In this document: positions 9,818 to 19,613 of the stretch, piece by piece | How positions within the stretch are numbered: the first letter of the stretch is position 1 | Layout of the letters: each line of letters opens with the position of its first letter | Virus record (IMG/VR): IMGVR_UViG_3300046522_000748 | Origin: a virus | Lineage: Duplodnaviria > Heunggongvirae > Uroviricota > Caudoviricetes | Length of the DNA: 64,000 nucleotides | Reading direction: 5' to 3' (one strand) | Notes under the pieces: generated by a model | What the model was told of the DNA's origin: nothing | Seen by the model: only the letters and a program-made list of their open reading frames with translations | Database searches by the model: none | Translations under genes and position numbers: made by a program

Positions 9818-10051
9818 TCAGCGGGCGCGGAGTTCGTTGATTTTCGCTTCGTCAGCACGGTGTTGAGCCAGGGCGTCGATGTGGCGCTGGCTACCTTCGG
9901 CGGCACGGGCTTCGACATAGGCCAATGCCGAGGCATCGTCTGCGAAGATATTGGCTTCATCGTCGCGTTCAATCTCCATCAGGCCTGCGCCATTGTAATC
10001 AAACAGATCCCAGCCTTCAGCGGCGTTGGCATTGCGTGCAGATTGTTCCAT
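9818..10051 (-). CDS. hypothetical protein
   Basis: Start MEQSARN after GGAG. Confidence 0.6.
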   Translation of the reverse strand: MEQSARNANAAEGWDLFDYNGAGLMEIERDDEANIFADDASALAYVEARAAEGSQRHIDALAQHRADEAKINELRAR

Positions 10052-10115
10052 TGGTGTAGCTCCAAGTGACAAGAGGGTTGATTGAGAGGCGATTAGGAAA
10101 TGAGGGCCTGACAGA

Positions 10116-10238
10116 TCACTCTGTCAGGGGCTTCTTGTGCTTCTTGTAGCCTGCCCGCTCGGCCTTGCGGCGATCCACCTGCACCGAGGCGCGGCAGAAC
10201 TTGTGAGCGTGCTTGGCAACGAAGTTTTGAGCTTTCAT
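10116..10238 (-). CDS. small basic peptide
   Basis: Read by eye: MKAQNFVAKHAHKFCRASVQVDRRKAERAGYKKHKKPLTE; AAGGA RBS; directly behind box promoter 10297. Confidence 0.65.
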   Translation of the reverse strand: MKAQNFVAKHAHKFCRASVQVDRRKAERAGYKKHKKPLTE

Positions 10239-10296
10239 TTTCACGTCCTTCATTGAGCTTGGGTATGTCGATCATTCTACACAAAACTCGCATGAT

Positions 10297-10355
10297 TGTC
10301 AATCAGAATGACACAAAATATCTTGCAGGCATGCCCCTTGAAAATCACATTGACA
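10297..10355. promoter_or_regulatory. divergent pair of box promoters
   Basis: Perfect box 10297-10313 (leftward, TTGACA-17-TAGAAT); variant 10339-10355 (rightward, TTGACA-17-TATAGT). Confidence 0.8.
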
Positions 10356-10405
10356 TACACCCTTATTATGCATATAGTATCGTAAATTATCAAGGATTCT
10401 CCATC

Positions 10406-10876
10406 ATGGGCACACGTGTTAGCTACCGAATCGGCGAGTCGGTTGTTCTGTATTCCAACAACAGTCATGCTGACGAAGACCCGGAGGCCCTGTTCAGGGA
10501 GTACGTTGAGCGTTATTCAGACCGGCCTCAAAAACTGGTGGAAGAACTGCTCGAACTCACCTACGAGGACTCCTCTGGCCTCAACAAAGCCGGTGATCCG
10601 ATGTTCCGGATTGACTTTGCGCCCGGTGACTTTGAAAAACTCATTGTGGCCAAGCTCACTCGCAACGATGTGCTGGAGGTCGAGCAGTACGATTCCACTG
10701 ACGCCACCAGCCTGGATCTGCGCAAAAAGCTCCGGCATGCCTTCAGCATGGAGTTCAACGGCGGCGAGTTCATTTCGACTGGCGATCCGGTCATGCATCA
10801 GGAAATGACCAGCGCACGCGCTTGGGCGGAATGGGGCTACGATCAGGCCATTCTCCAGGGCTTGCTGAAACGCTGA
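10406..10876 (+). CDS. hypothetical protein
   Basis: Start MGTRVS after AAGGA and promoter. Confidence 0.75.
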   Translation: MGTRVSYRIGESVVLYSNNSHADEDPEALFREYVERYSDRPQKLVEELLELTYEDSSGLNKAGDPMFRIDFAPGDFEKLIVAKLTRNDVLEVEQYDSTDATSLDLRKKLRHAFSMEFNGGEFISTGDPVMHQEMTSARAWAEWGYDQAILQGLLKR

Positions 10877-10935
10877 TTGGCGCTCTTTCTTTTTTACTGC
10901 CCATCAGGGTGGCCACAACTTCTTACGGAGCTTCC

Positions 10936-11556
10936 ATGCTGACTCAAACTCGCCAAATCCCGCTTGAATTGCTTGAGCGTCTCCTCAATGAACCCATGTC
11001 GGTCGGTATGGAGCGCGAGCTAAAGGCGCTGGCCAGCGATGAGCCGACCTATCTCGTGCCCATCAGTGCTGATGGAAAGTCTGTGCTGATCGATGGTTTC
11101 GGCCTCGTGCCGCTTGATTATGAGAGCGTCACTGGCCCTTCCATCATCCCGTCCGAGATGGGGTTGATGCCTGCTCGATTGTCCGCTGAAAATGGCGCCA
11201 AGTTCATCCTGTCGGGTGAGTTTTATGAGACCATTCGCTGTGCTTGCCCGCAGTGCTGGGGCGAGGATGAACCCGATCCTGAGTGCGAGTTCTGCGCAGG
11301 TCAGGGTGAATTCGACACTCGCGTCCAGGTGACATGGGACACCATCAAAGACATCTATGCCAAGGCGTTTGATCGCATGGCGGCGCGTCCACAAAAGCTC
11401 GACATCAACGTTGAGCGCGAACGTTTCGAAACGTGGTTCCGCAAACAGTACCGGATGCCGGAAAGCGTCGAATTTTCCTGGGAGGCCGATGGCATCCAGA
11501 AAATGCTCGAAGGCTGGATTGCCCATGGCAAAGTGACCGGCGCAACTGTGCAGTAA
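10936..11556 (+). CDS. phage-like protein with Cys4 zinc finger
   Basis: CPQCWG...CEFCAGQG; GGAG RBS. Confidence 0.7.
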   Translation: MLTQTRQIPLELLERLLNEPMSVGMERELKALASDEPTYLVPISADGKSVLIDGFGLVPLDYESVTGPSIIPSEMGLMPARLSAENGAKFILSGEFYETIRCACPQCWGEDEPDPECEFCAGQGEFDTRVQVTWDTIKDIYAKAFDRMAARPQKLDINVERERFETWFRKQYRMPESVEFSWEADGIQKMLEGWIAHGKVTGATVQ

Positions 11557-11614
11557 AACTTGACAGTTGGGCTGGATCATCAGTTGCCAGCCCCCTGAAT
11601 TCGGAGTGTGTTAA

Positions 11615-11938
11615 ATGGCTTGGCGTTTTGTAAAGCAGCCAAATGGCTTGCTGGCTCGTTTTTCTGAAGTCGTTGATCAGTTCACTGATGGAAACCTGAG
11701 TGTGGCTGAAGCTGTGACGCTGTGCATCACTGACTATGGTATGGATGAGGCTTCGGCAAGTCGCAAAGTCCAAGCAGCAGTAGAGGATCGTGACAGTTTG
11801 TTGCCAAGCACTCCAGGCAATGGTCATGACCGCTGGGACGAAGCTCTGGAGGCCATACGTTTTCAGCATGGCGAAGAGGCCTTGGCTACGGTGATGGCGG
11901 AAATGGGATTTGCCGCAGACGGGGCACTCAAAGCATGA
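11615..11938 (+). CDS. hypothetical protein
   Basis: 107 aa, GGAG RBS. Confidence 0.7.
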   Translation: MAWRFVKQPNGLLARFSEVVDQFTDGNLSVAEAVTLCITDYGMDEASASRKVQAAVEDRDSLLPSTPGNGHDRWDEALEAIRFQHGEEALATVMAEMGFAADGALKA

Positions 11939-12047
11939 GTGTTTTCCCTAGATGACTGGTTCCGCAGTTGGAGCAACTGGCATGCAATATGATCGGTGTC
12001 GGTTTCCGAAATAAATGCGAAATACTGGAAATACCCTGAAGGTTAAG

Positions 12048-12281
12048 ATGATGAACAGGACAACCGAAAAAGTTAGCATCGGCCATTATTTGGTCAGTAC
12101 TGTCGAGTGCGGCCAGTTCAGCGTCTCCAAGCACGAAGGGGCGTGGATACTGCGCAATGAAGGTCATTTTATCGACCGCTTCCCTACCAAAAAGGAAGCC
12201 ATGTACGAGATTTCCGAGCGACAGCGAATAGTGCGCCACGGCAACTGGAAAAACAGCAATGGATCAGATCCAGGCAGCTAA
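12048..12281 (+). CDS. hypothetical protein
   Basis: Start MMNRTT. Confidence 0.55.
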   Translation: MMNRTTEKVSIGHYLVSTVECGQFSVSKHEGAWILRNEGHFIDRFPTKKEAMYEISERQRIVRHGNWKNSNGSDPGS

Positions 12282-12428
12282 GATGTTGTAAGCGCACAGT
12301 TGCTCCCGTTGTTTCCATAGCTGGGGCCGTCTTTGACTCTGCTTCTTTTTTCGCAGCCCTTCCCGTCTTTACTGGCATCACCTATCCTTCGCGGATTGTT
12401 CCTACTATCAGCGAATCGGGGTGGCTTA

Positions 12429-13283
12429 GTGGAAGACAGGGAGTTGCTGTACCAATTGTTGGCGAAACAGGATTGGGACGAGATCGCCAAGATCTTGTAC
12501 CGCAACGCCCAAAATCCTGGCACTCGGATTGACCCGATTGTGCAGCAAGCAGTCACCTATTTTGAGGCTGATTTTTTTGCCTTCACGGCGTCGCTGCCCG
12601 CTGAAATGCGAGTCAAGAAATTCGAATACACCAGCCTGATCATCGAGCTTAGTCGTCACGGATTCAGCAATAATTTTGTCGCTCAATTTATCGATGAGCG
12701 CCTGAAGCTCATGAAAGAAATGAATAGCTCGGCCTTGCTGAGCTATGCCATGAGCCACCAGGAAAGGCCGCTGGCCAAGGAAATCATCCGGGAAATTCAG
12801 GCCGCAAAACCAGAAGCGGTGGCTGCCGGTCGGCGTGAGAACATGTCGATTCGTGCCACGGAGGTGGCTCCAGGCAAGGCTCAGACCATCCGGTTGTTCA
12901 AGTCCAAGCAAGAGCAGAACTTCTACGAGGCCGTTCGCCGTGTCTTCCCCACTTACCACCCCTACCCCAACGTGGCACTCAGTTGCGTGCTGGATTATGC
13001 CGCGATCAAAGATCGGCTGACAGAGGCTCAGCGCGGCTACTTCTTCAGGGCGATCATCGACAGCGTGGTGTTTGATGCCATGAGTGGCTATGAGCCAAAA
13101 TACTTTATCGAACTGGACAGTTCTTTCCATGACTCCCCGCAGGCCAGTGCCAACGATGCGTTAAAAGACGCCATTTTCAACGCAGCCAACACCAAGTTGA
13201 TCCGCATCCGTCCTCTGAATGCAAAAGCCTCATCGGTGGAGGAATTTGAGCGATTGGTATCGGAGGTCATGCGCCACGGCTGA
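12429..13283 (+). CDS. DUF2726-domain (restriction-endonuclease-like fold) protein
   Basis: EQNFYEAV...YPNVAL...DSVVFD...FIELDSSFH...DALKD..F..A...LIRI; GTG start assumed. Confidence 0.75.
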   Translation: MEDRELLYQLLAKQDWDEIAKILYRNAQNPGTRIDPIVQQAVTYFEADFFAFTASLPAEMRVKKFEYTSLIIELSRHGFSNNFVAQFIDERLKLMKEMNSSALLSYAMSHQERPLAKEIIREIQAAKPEAVAAGRRENMSIRATEVAPGKAQTIRLFKSKQEQNFYEAVRRVFPTYHPYPNVALSCVLDYAAIKDRLTEAQRGYFFRAIIDSVVFDAMSGYEPKYFIELDSSFHDSPQASANDALKDAIFNAANTKLIRIRPLNAKASSVEEFERLVSEVMRHG

Positions 13284-13339
13284 ACAAAATCCGTCCATTA
13301 AAAATGTTAAACTGTCCCTATACACGGGGACAGTACAAC

Positions 13340-13891
13340 ATGATGGACATGGCTAAATTTATTCAGGAAACACTGTTTCGAGACTCGAAGGTTCGGGGCG
13401 CGGACGGCGCGCTGCTGGTGCTTTACCATGGCACAACCAGCACGTTTACAGACTTTGATGTCGTTAAAAACCCTTCAGGGTATGGCAATTTGCGCGGCTT
13501 TTATTTTACCTCCGACCGTTCGGCGGCTGAAGACTACGGGCCGGTGGTGATGGCGGTGCATCTGGATTTTAAAAACCCTTTTATCGGCAATCCATTTACC
13601 CATTATGCCCAGGTGCATGGCATCGAGAAGCCTGGGTTTGGTTCTCGCCCCGAGGTCTTTGCCAAGTACAAAGCCGTGACTCACACCGTGGTAAAGGACT
13701 ATCTGATTGCACAAGGATTTGACGCGGTGATCATCGAGGCTCAGGACAACTATTTGGCCCACGACGAATACATTGCCTTCAATCGAGAGCAAATCAAGGT
13801 GATTTCATCTGAACGCATGGTTGAGGTGGAGTTGGAGGCCAAGGCTCCGGCGAGACATGTTGCAACAGCGGGGATAGGGATGGAGATGTAG
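13340..13891 (+). CDS. ADP-ribosyltransferase-fold protein (ART-PolyVal-like)
   Basis: SKV...G..LVLYHGT...F..F...GFYFT...A..YG...EYIAFNREQIK. Confidence 0.7.
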   Translation: MMDMAKFIQETLFRDSKVRGADGALLVLYHGTTSTFTDFDVVKNPSGYGNLRGFYFTSDRSAAEDYGPVVMAVHLDFKNPFIGNPFTHYAQVHGIEKPGFGSRPEVFAKYKAVTHTVVKDYLIAQGFDAVIIEAQDNYLAHDEYIAFNREQIKVISSERMVEVELEAKAPARHVATAGIGMEM

Positions 13892-13936
13892 CACCAGCCG
13901 GGCAGATCCTGCCCGACTGGTTAGTACAACGGCTGA

Positions 13937-14956
13937 TCAGAAGCCGCGATACGTCGTAGCACGCGTCCACAGTCGAACGATGACCGTTTCCAGCACTGAC
14001 GCAGCAGCGAAGCCCAAGCGCGCTTTCAGACCGCGCTTCTTTGGCAATTCGAACTGCACTTGTATCAGATTGTTATCCATCGCTTTTTTTGCCAGATACT
14101 CATCGCTGGTCATCAGCATATCGACAAGTTTCTTTTCTGCGGCCTCGGAGCCGAACCACGATTCGCCCGTGGCAATTTCATCCATCGCCAGCCCAGGTCG
14201 ATATTTGCTGACAAAAGTTTTGAACAGTCCGTGGACAGCATCCACTTCATCCTGAAATTTCTGGCGACCGGCTTCGGTGTTTTCACCCATGGTGGTCAGG
14301 GTGCGCTTGAACTCACCGGCAGTGATCAATTCATAATCGATGCCATGCTTTTTCAGCAGCTTGTTGAAATTGGGCATGGAGGCCACGACGCCGATGGAGC
14401 CCAGGATTGCAAACGGTGCGCTGATCACCTTGTTAGCGATACAGGCCATCATGTAACCACCGCTGGCGGCAACCTTGTCCACACAAATGGTCAGAGGTAC
14501 ACCAGCTTCGCGAATCCGCGCCAGTTGGGAGGCGGCAAGGCCATACCCATGCACTGCGCCACCGGGTGATTCGAGACGGACAACCACTTCATCCTGGTGC
14601 GCTGCATCACTCAAAATGGCGGTGACTTCATTGCGTAGAGACTCCACTGCCGAAGCTTCAATATCGCCATTGAAATCCAAGACATAGACCTTGTGTCTTT
14701 TTTCGTTGAAATCGGCATCCTTGATGGCTTTTTTAGCTGCTTTGCGTCTCGCCTTGCTCATGCAGGCGTGTTGAAGGGTTGTATTCAGCTTGCTGTAGAA
14801 TTCATTGAGGCTGGTGACTTTCAGCTCGCCTTCTTTGCGGCGGCTTTTGCCACGAGACATGGCAAAAATGCCCACCATGGCAGCAAATACCAGCAGGACT
14901 GTGAGGGATTTGGCAAGAAAACCGGCGTAATCGAGGAGTAGCGGCATGGGTTCCAT
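13937..14956 (-). CDS. sohB: S49-family protease SohB
   Basis: N-terminal TM, LESPGG.VHGYGLAASQL, DKVAASGGYMMAC, GSIGVV, AGEFKRTLT. Confidence 0.93.
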   Translation of the reverse strand: MEPMPLLLDYAGFLAKSLTVLLVFAAMVGIFAMSRGKSRRKEGELKVTSLNEFYSKLNTTLQHACMSKARRKAAKKAIKDADFNEKRHKVYVLDFNGDIEASAVESLRNEVTAILSDAAHQDEVVVRLESPGGAVHGYGLAASQLARIREAGVPLTICVDKVAASGGYMMACIANKVISAPFAILGSIGVVASMPNFNKLLKKHGIDYELITAGEFKRTLTTMGENTEAGRQKFQDEVDAVHGLFKTFVSKYRPGLAMDEIATGESWFGSEAAEKKLVDMLMTSDEYLAKKAMDNNLIQVQFELPKKRGLKARLGFAAASVLETVIVRLWTRATTYRGF

Positions 14957-15095
14957 CTTCAAAATTATGGCGCACGACAGGTGTGCCAAGCTTGGTGATT
15001 ATTATGACGGTTGCTGCGCAAATGTCAATATGAATTACCAATTTCTACGGATGAAACCCGCCTAAACAAACAATTATAGTGGAGTAACTGGCTTA

Positions 15096-15983
15096 TTAAC
15101 CTTTGAGGTACAGGTTCGACCAGTTCTCAACGATCACGCCCGGCATGTCGTACAGGCCTTCGCCGCTTTGCCATGGCAACACACGCAATTCAGCTTCACG
15201 CGAACGGGCGCTGTAGCCAGCCTTCAGTACGAAGTCGAAAGAGAAGCCAAGGTGCAGGCGACCGACTTCATCGCTGTGGTCATTGATAATGCCGTTGAAT
15301 TTCAATTCACCGGCAGACATGACCGGTACATCTTGGTCTTCTGGTTTGTCGGAGTCTTTGACGAACACTACCAGTTCTTCCTCCAGTTCACGCTGGATGT
15401 TCAATTTCACGGTGGCGATGAAGTCGATTACGCTGTTGACTTGAACCACATCCACCATGTCCACATGGCCACCGAACGCCACGCTTACCTTGCCTTCCAA
15501 GCGACCTTCGCTGACGCCTTTGCCGCGCAGGTAAGGCAGCAACAGCAGGTCATTATCACGAACAGTCACGTATGGCAGCACCTGACGGTAAGCGTCATCA
15601 CCAATTTTGGTGGTGTGAACGAGATCGGTATCGGCTGGCCCGATAAAAGAGACGCTCAATCCGCCTGGATGAGCTGACTGGGCGAGAAGAGCGGACATGA
15701 TCGAGTCACGAAAGGTCTCATCGCCACTTTTGTCACTACGAATGGTGATTTGAACGTGTTCGGCGCCCTCCTCAACGGCGGTGAGATTAAATCCACCACG
15801 CTCGGCGTTGTTTGAAAAATCCAACCATTGACGCTGGCGGATAACGAGGCCTTCTTGCAGCTTACTGAAGTCATCGACGGTGACAGTGCGGTCAAACCCC
15901 TCTTGGAATAACTTCTCTGCGTGTTCACGGGCAATGGCAAGAATGAATTCTGGATAATGTTTAACTTTTGCTGCTTGGGTCAT
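15096..15983 (-). CDS. NUDIX-like predicted phosphoesterase
   Basis: YRQVLPY, E.RL.GK.S..FGGHVD, RELEEEL, D..DEVGRLHLG. Confidence 0.75.
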   Translation of the reverse strand: MTQAAKVKHYPEFILAIAREHAEKLFQEGFDRTVTVDDFSKLQEGLVIRQRQWLDFSNNAERGGFNLTAVEEGAEHVQITIRSDKSGDETFRDSIMSALLAQSAHPGGLSVSFIGPADTDLVHTTKIGDDAYRQVLPYVTVRDNDLLLLPYLRGKGVSEGRLEGKVSVAFGGHVDMVDVVQVNSVIDFIATVKLNIQRELEEELVVFVKDSDKPEDQDVPVMSAGELKFNGIINDHSDEVGRLHLGFSFDFVLKAGYSARSREAELRVLPWQSGEGLYDMPGVIVENWSNLYLKG

Positions 15984-16165
15984 TAGGAGGTCTCATTGTG
16001 ACAGTATGGAGTTTATAGACAAAATCAGGCCCACCCCGGCGAATTTTTGCTGGGCGACCCGACATGCTTTCATGTTTATTATCTATGAAAACCATCTGAC
16101 AAGTAAAGACCAACGAAAAAACCTCCAGTTAAGGAGGCTTTTTGCGAACGTTGAAACTGAGGTGA

Positions 16166-16654
16166 TTATTCGGCCAGCAGCTTCAAGGCCAATTCGGTCT
16201 GATCGACCACATTGAGGTAACCGGTGAGAATTGCTTCCAGTTCTTCAGCCTTGGCGAAATAGTTCTGGCCGTGATTGCTCAGCACCAGCTTGCGGCCTTC
16301 ATCGGTGTTGACCAAAGAGCCTTCGGCGTCACTTTCCCAGCCGCAATGCATCACTGGGAATTTCATGATGGCGTCATAGGCAACGCCGTTGACGACCACT
16401 GCATCCTTCAGATGCTTGGCCTTGAGCAACGCACCACGCTTCGCTAGAAACTGAACGTCAAAGTCCTCGCCAAACACATCTTTGAGCAGTTGAGCTTCAT
16501 GGTTATCAGCGAAGTGCAATTCAAACTGAACCCAGAATTCAATCTCCCAATCCTGCATTTGTTCTACGGACGTGCAGGCTTCGATATCAAAATCACGAGC
16601 TGGTTTACCCATGACGATCATGTTTTTGATGGCTTCGATTTCATTTACGTTCAT
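16166..16654 (-). CDS. hypothetical protein
   Basis: 162 aa ORF. Confidence 0.75.
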   Translation of the reverse strand: MNVNEIEAIKNMIVMGKPARDFDIEACTSVEQMQDWEIEFWVQFELHFADNHEAQLLKDVFGEDFDVQFLAKRGALLKAKHLKDAVVVNGVAYDAIMKFPVMHCGWESDAEGSLVNTDEGRKLVLSNHGQNYFAKAEELEAILTGYLNVVDQTELALKLLAE

Positions 16655-16703
16655 GGCTTCATTACACCTTTTTAAATATTTTAGCTATTTGCACTGAGGC
16701 TAC

Positions 16704-16731
16704 TTGACATCGTTGTTTCTGATAGTAAGAT
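16704..16731 (+). promoter_or_regulatory. sigma70 promoter of tRNA
   Basis: TTGACA-16-TAAGAT. Confidence 0.65.
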
Positions 16732-16743
16732 TACATTCATTGA

Positions 16744-16820
16744 CGCGGGGTGGAGCAGTCTGGTAGCTCGACGGGCTCATAACCCGTAGGTCGTAGGTTC
16801 AAATCCTGCCCCCGCAACCA
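16744..16820 (+). tRNA. initiator tRNA-fMet (CAT)
   Basis: 77 nt, C1:A72 mismatch, three G:C pairs closing the anticodon stem, GTTCAAATC T-loop, encoded CCA. Confidence 0.97.
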
Positions 16821-16828
16821 ATCAAATG

Positions 16829-16854
16829 AAAAGCCGCTCTCTGAGCGGCTTTTT
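16829..16854. terminator. intrinsic terminator after tRNA
   Basis: aaaagccgctc-tct-gagcggctttt. Confidence 0.85.
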
Positions 16855-16926
16855 GCTTTGTCTGCTTAGTGTAGCCAGACCTCGGGCATTTGTCAATGAT
16901 GCAAACGTCTGAGGTTGGCTAAAGCA

Positions 16927-17952
16927 TCAGGGAACTTTGGTAATTTTCACCCTGAAATAAGCATTGGAAAGATAACCAGCGCCGTTCCAGACGTTGGTGA
17001 CGGAAGGGTTTCCCTCCACACTCATTGAGGCGTCAATTTTCATTGTACATGCTGTGTCTCCGTCACAGGAATCTTGGCTAATCACAGGGGTGCCCACCGT
17101 AACACTGGAGTCATGACCAGCATTGAATCCAATAATTTCATATGTCAATCGAGCGTAATACGGCTGTGGTGTGAACTCAAAAACACCATTTCCTTTTATC
17201 CAAGTTCCGAACCCAGGTATCGGTGGCGTGGATTGACCGACCAAAATGTCAGTAATAATGGATACTGATTTGGTTCCTGTTGCACTTTTCGTTTGAGTTT
17301 GATTGGTGACGCTTCTTGAATCTGATAGCTCCGTTTTAATTGGCCCAGCAACTCCTATTATCCTGTAGCGTACGGAGTAATTTTCGGTGTACGAGCAATC
17401 TTCTGCTGTTTGCGTAAACGGAGTGCCTACATCAATAGATGTGACTAATGGAGTCCATGCTGTACATACCGGCGTTCCCACTGTTATCCAACCAGCAGAC
17501 ACAATGGTCAGATCTCTGGAGGATGTACCGTCGTTGAATGTTTGAATTTCAGTGATCGGATCTCCAGCATTTCTAAACTCATGCGTCGTCGTTTCTTGCT
17601 CGCGGTTTTGTTTAACTCGTGACTTCTGAACAGAACAATCATTGGAGGTTTGCTGAGCGGCGCCAACAGCCAGGGTTTTCAAACTTGGAGACCATGTAGT
17701 GCATGCGCCGACTGCGCCGCTCACTGTCCACTCCGTGTATGAGGGCGTTGCAGTCAACCATTGCGGAGTGACCGGTGGTTTCTCTGGCTCTTGTGGTGTT
17801 GAGCTGCCGCTATCATGCTTAACGGCAGTCATCCCTTGCAGCGCGCCCTGATAACGATAACTTGTGTCGGCAGATGATAAGCCCGAGTAGGTAATCAATA
17901 ATGATGAGAGCAGTACTACTTTTAACGAATTCATTTTCATTTCCCTAAGCAT
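16927..17952 (-). CDS. secreted Thr-rich protein with Cys/Trp repeats
   Basis: Signal peptide; CTTWSP...QTSNDC and CTAWTP...QTAEDC; exact start uncertain. Confidence 0.75.
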   Translation of the reverse strand: MLREMKMNSLKVVLLSSLLITYSGLSSADTSYRYQGALQGMTAVKHDSGSSTPQEPEKPPVTPQWLTATPSYTEWTVSGAVGACTTWSPSLKTLAVGAAQQTSNDCSVQKSRVKQNREQETTTHEFRNAGDPITEIQTFNDGTSSRDLTIVSAGWITVGTPVCTAWTPLVTSIDVGTPFTQTAEDCSYTENYSVRYRIIGVAGPIKTELSDSRSVTNQTQTKSATGTKSVSIITDILVGQSTPPIPGFGTWIKGNGVFEFTPQPYYARLTYEIIGFNAGHDSSVTVGTPVISQDSCDGDTACTMKIDASMSVEGNPSVTNVWNGAGYLSNAYFRVKITKVP

Positions 17953-18175
17953 ACTTTTTTGTTATTGCCATCATTTGCCAATAAAGAAATTGATTGTTTT
18001 TTACTTTTAGCACTTTCAATTGGATTATTGTCGATTTGTCAATAATAGTAGTTATTAATTATTTTAAATATTACACACTTTTGGTGAGTTTTTAACGTCA
18101 GGTTAGAAAATGTTGAAAATATTTATAAGAAAAAAGCCCTGATAAAATCAGGGCTTTTTTTGTTAATTAGTTGCT

Positions 18176-19009
18176 TTAAGCAAGCAACATAGTTTTTGAT
18201 TCTGTTGTTCTTTTTCTTGCATAGCGACCACGACCAGTGCGTTGAGTGCGAATCTGACAGATCTTGCGCACTTGCTCTTTCCAATTGGGGTTACCGGTCG
18301 GTCGTCGATCCGCCACGTATTCGTAAATTGCTGGCAAATCCGCCTCGCCCCCATAACTGTCGAGCGCTTCCAGTACCAGTTCCGCCCAACTTGAACGGCC
18401 ATTGATCAGTGCTTCCTGAACATCCTCCGGAAGCTGGCCGACAAAAGCCTGCTCATGAAACAGACTGAAGCCGACCAACAAACGTTTTTCGTCCTTGGTG
18501 AAGATCGCAAAACACAAAGGCTTCTCCAGTCCAGGGTAAATATTCCGGGGAATCATCTCCTGGTACAGACTCCATTGCTCGTTGTAGCGCGCTACTCGAC
18601 TGGCCGTTTGAAAGAAGTACGTTGGCAGGATCATGCCGATCTGACCTTCGGCGGCAAGCCAGTTAATCGCCTTCTCCAGAAAGGTGTCGAAGAGTGCTGT
18701 CTTGAAGGGCGGGTTGCCAATAAAAAGGGTTGGTCGCTCGGGCAGTACCGCATCGCGGATATCCGAGGTAATGATGAGTCGTCCAGTATTCTTTCTCGCC
18801 CGTTCAGCCTCTACTGGGTCGATTTCTATCCCCATAGCCGGTACGTGAGATGGAATCGCCTCAAGAAAGCGTCCAGGGCCACACATGGGCTCAACCACAA
18901 AGTCATTGCTGCCGAGGTGGCTGAAATGCCTTCTGACCAATGCTTCAGCGACCCATGCCGGGGTGAAATATTGATCCAATTGTCTGACTTTGGCGGTGAG
19001 AATTGTCAT
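18176..19009 (-). CDS. orphan DNA amino-methyltransferase with C-terminal winged-helix-like domain
   Basis: DQYFTP, VEPMCGPGRF (motif I), GIEID, IGNPPF (motif IV). Confidence 0.8.
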   Translation of the reverse strand: MTILTAKVRQLDQYFTPAWVAEALVRRHFSHLGSNDFVVEPMCGPGRFLEAIPSHVPAMGIEIDPVEAERARKNTGRLIITSDIRDAVLPERPTLFIGNPPFKTALFDTFLEKAINWLAAEGQIGMILPTYFFQTASRVARYNEQWSLYQEMIPRNIYPGLEKPLCFAIFTKDEKRLLVGFSLFHEQAFVGQLPEDVQEALINGRSSWAELVLEALDSYGGEADLPAIYEYVADRRPTGNPNWKEQVRKICQIRTQRTGRGRYARKRTTESKTMLLA

Positions 19010-19127
19010 GGTGTGGATTCCGCGATTCCCAAAAATAACAAAAGCGCCTTTAGCGCTCGATTGAGGTTAGTTTAACGAAACTTCGAGATTATGTCAATAT
19101 CAAAAACATGGTGATTATTAGTGCCAA

Positions 19128-19310
19128 TCAGTCTCCTCCATCTCCACCACCATCGCTGTCGCTGTCGCTGTCGGAATCATAAAAGCTGCTGGAGCCCGAT
19201 TGTTTATTGCTCGATGGGTCTGGTGCAACAGCAAAGAGAGCAAGGACCAATGAGACTAGTATTGCGAATATAATTATAGTGCTTATGAGATTTAAGTTGA
19301 TCATATTCAT
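19128..19310 (-). CDS. membrane-anchored Ser/Asp/Gly-rich peptide
   Basis: N-terminal TM, tail DSDSDSDGGGDGGD. Confidence 0.65.
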   Translation of the reverse strand: MNMINLNLISTIIIFAILVSLVLALFAVAPDPSSNKQSGSSSFYDSDSDSDSDGGGDGGD

Positions 19311-19334
19311 GTGGATTTACCTGAGTTGCATTGG

Positions 19335-19613
19335 TTAATCACCACCACCGCCTCCTCCACCATCACCGCCACAACTACCTCCGCTATCACCGCCACAGCT
19401 ATGACCACCAGAGTCACCGAAACCGAACCATCCGCTGCTATTGTCCGTGTCTCTTGATCTGCCGCTGCCCGAGGAGCTTCTAAAGCCACTTGAGCCATGA
19501 CTACTGCTTCTGGATGCACCTTTCTTCCGCGAGTTGCTAGCTCCTTTTGCGAGCATCACAATTAAACTCAGCGGTAATACGACTGCTGCTGTTAAAATCA
19601 ATACCTCTATCAT
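19335..19613 (-). CDS. membrane-anchored Gly/Ser-rich peptide
   Basis: N-terminal TM, tail SCGGDSGGSCGGDGGGGGGGD. Confidence 0.7.
   Translation of the reverse strand: MIEVLILTAAVVLPLSLIVMLAKGASNSRKKGASRSSSHGSSGFRSSSGSGRSRDTDNSSGWFGFGDSGGHSCGGDSGGSCGGDGGGGGGGD

Noticed and set aside
16744-16820. tRNA as an integration (att) site
   Set aside because: No integrase and no duplicated tRNA 3' end seen in the window
12429-19009. DUF2726 plus methyltransferase as a restriction-modification system
   Set aside because: About 5 kb apart, opposite strands, separate promoters
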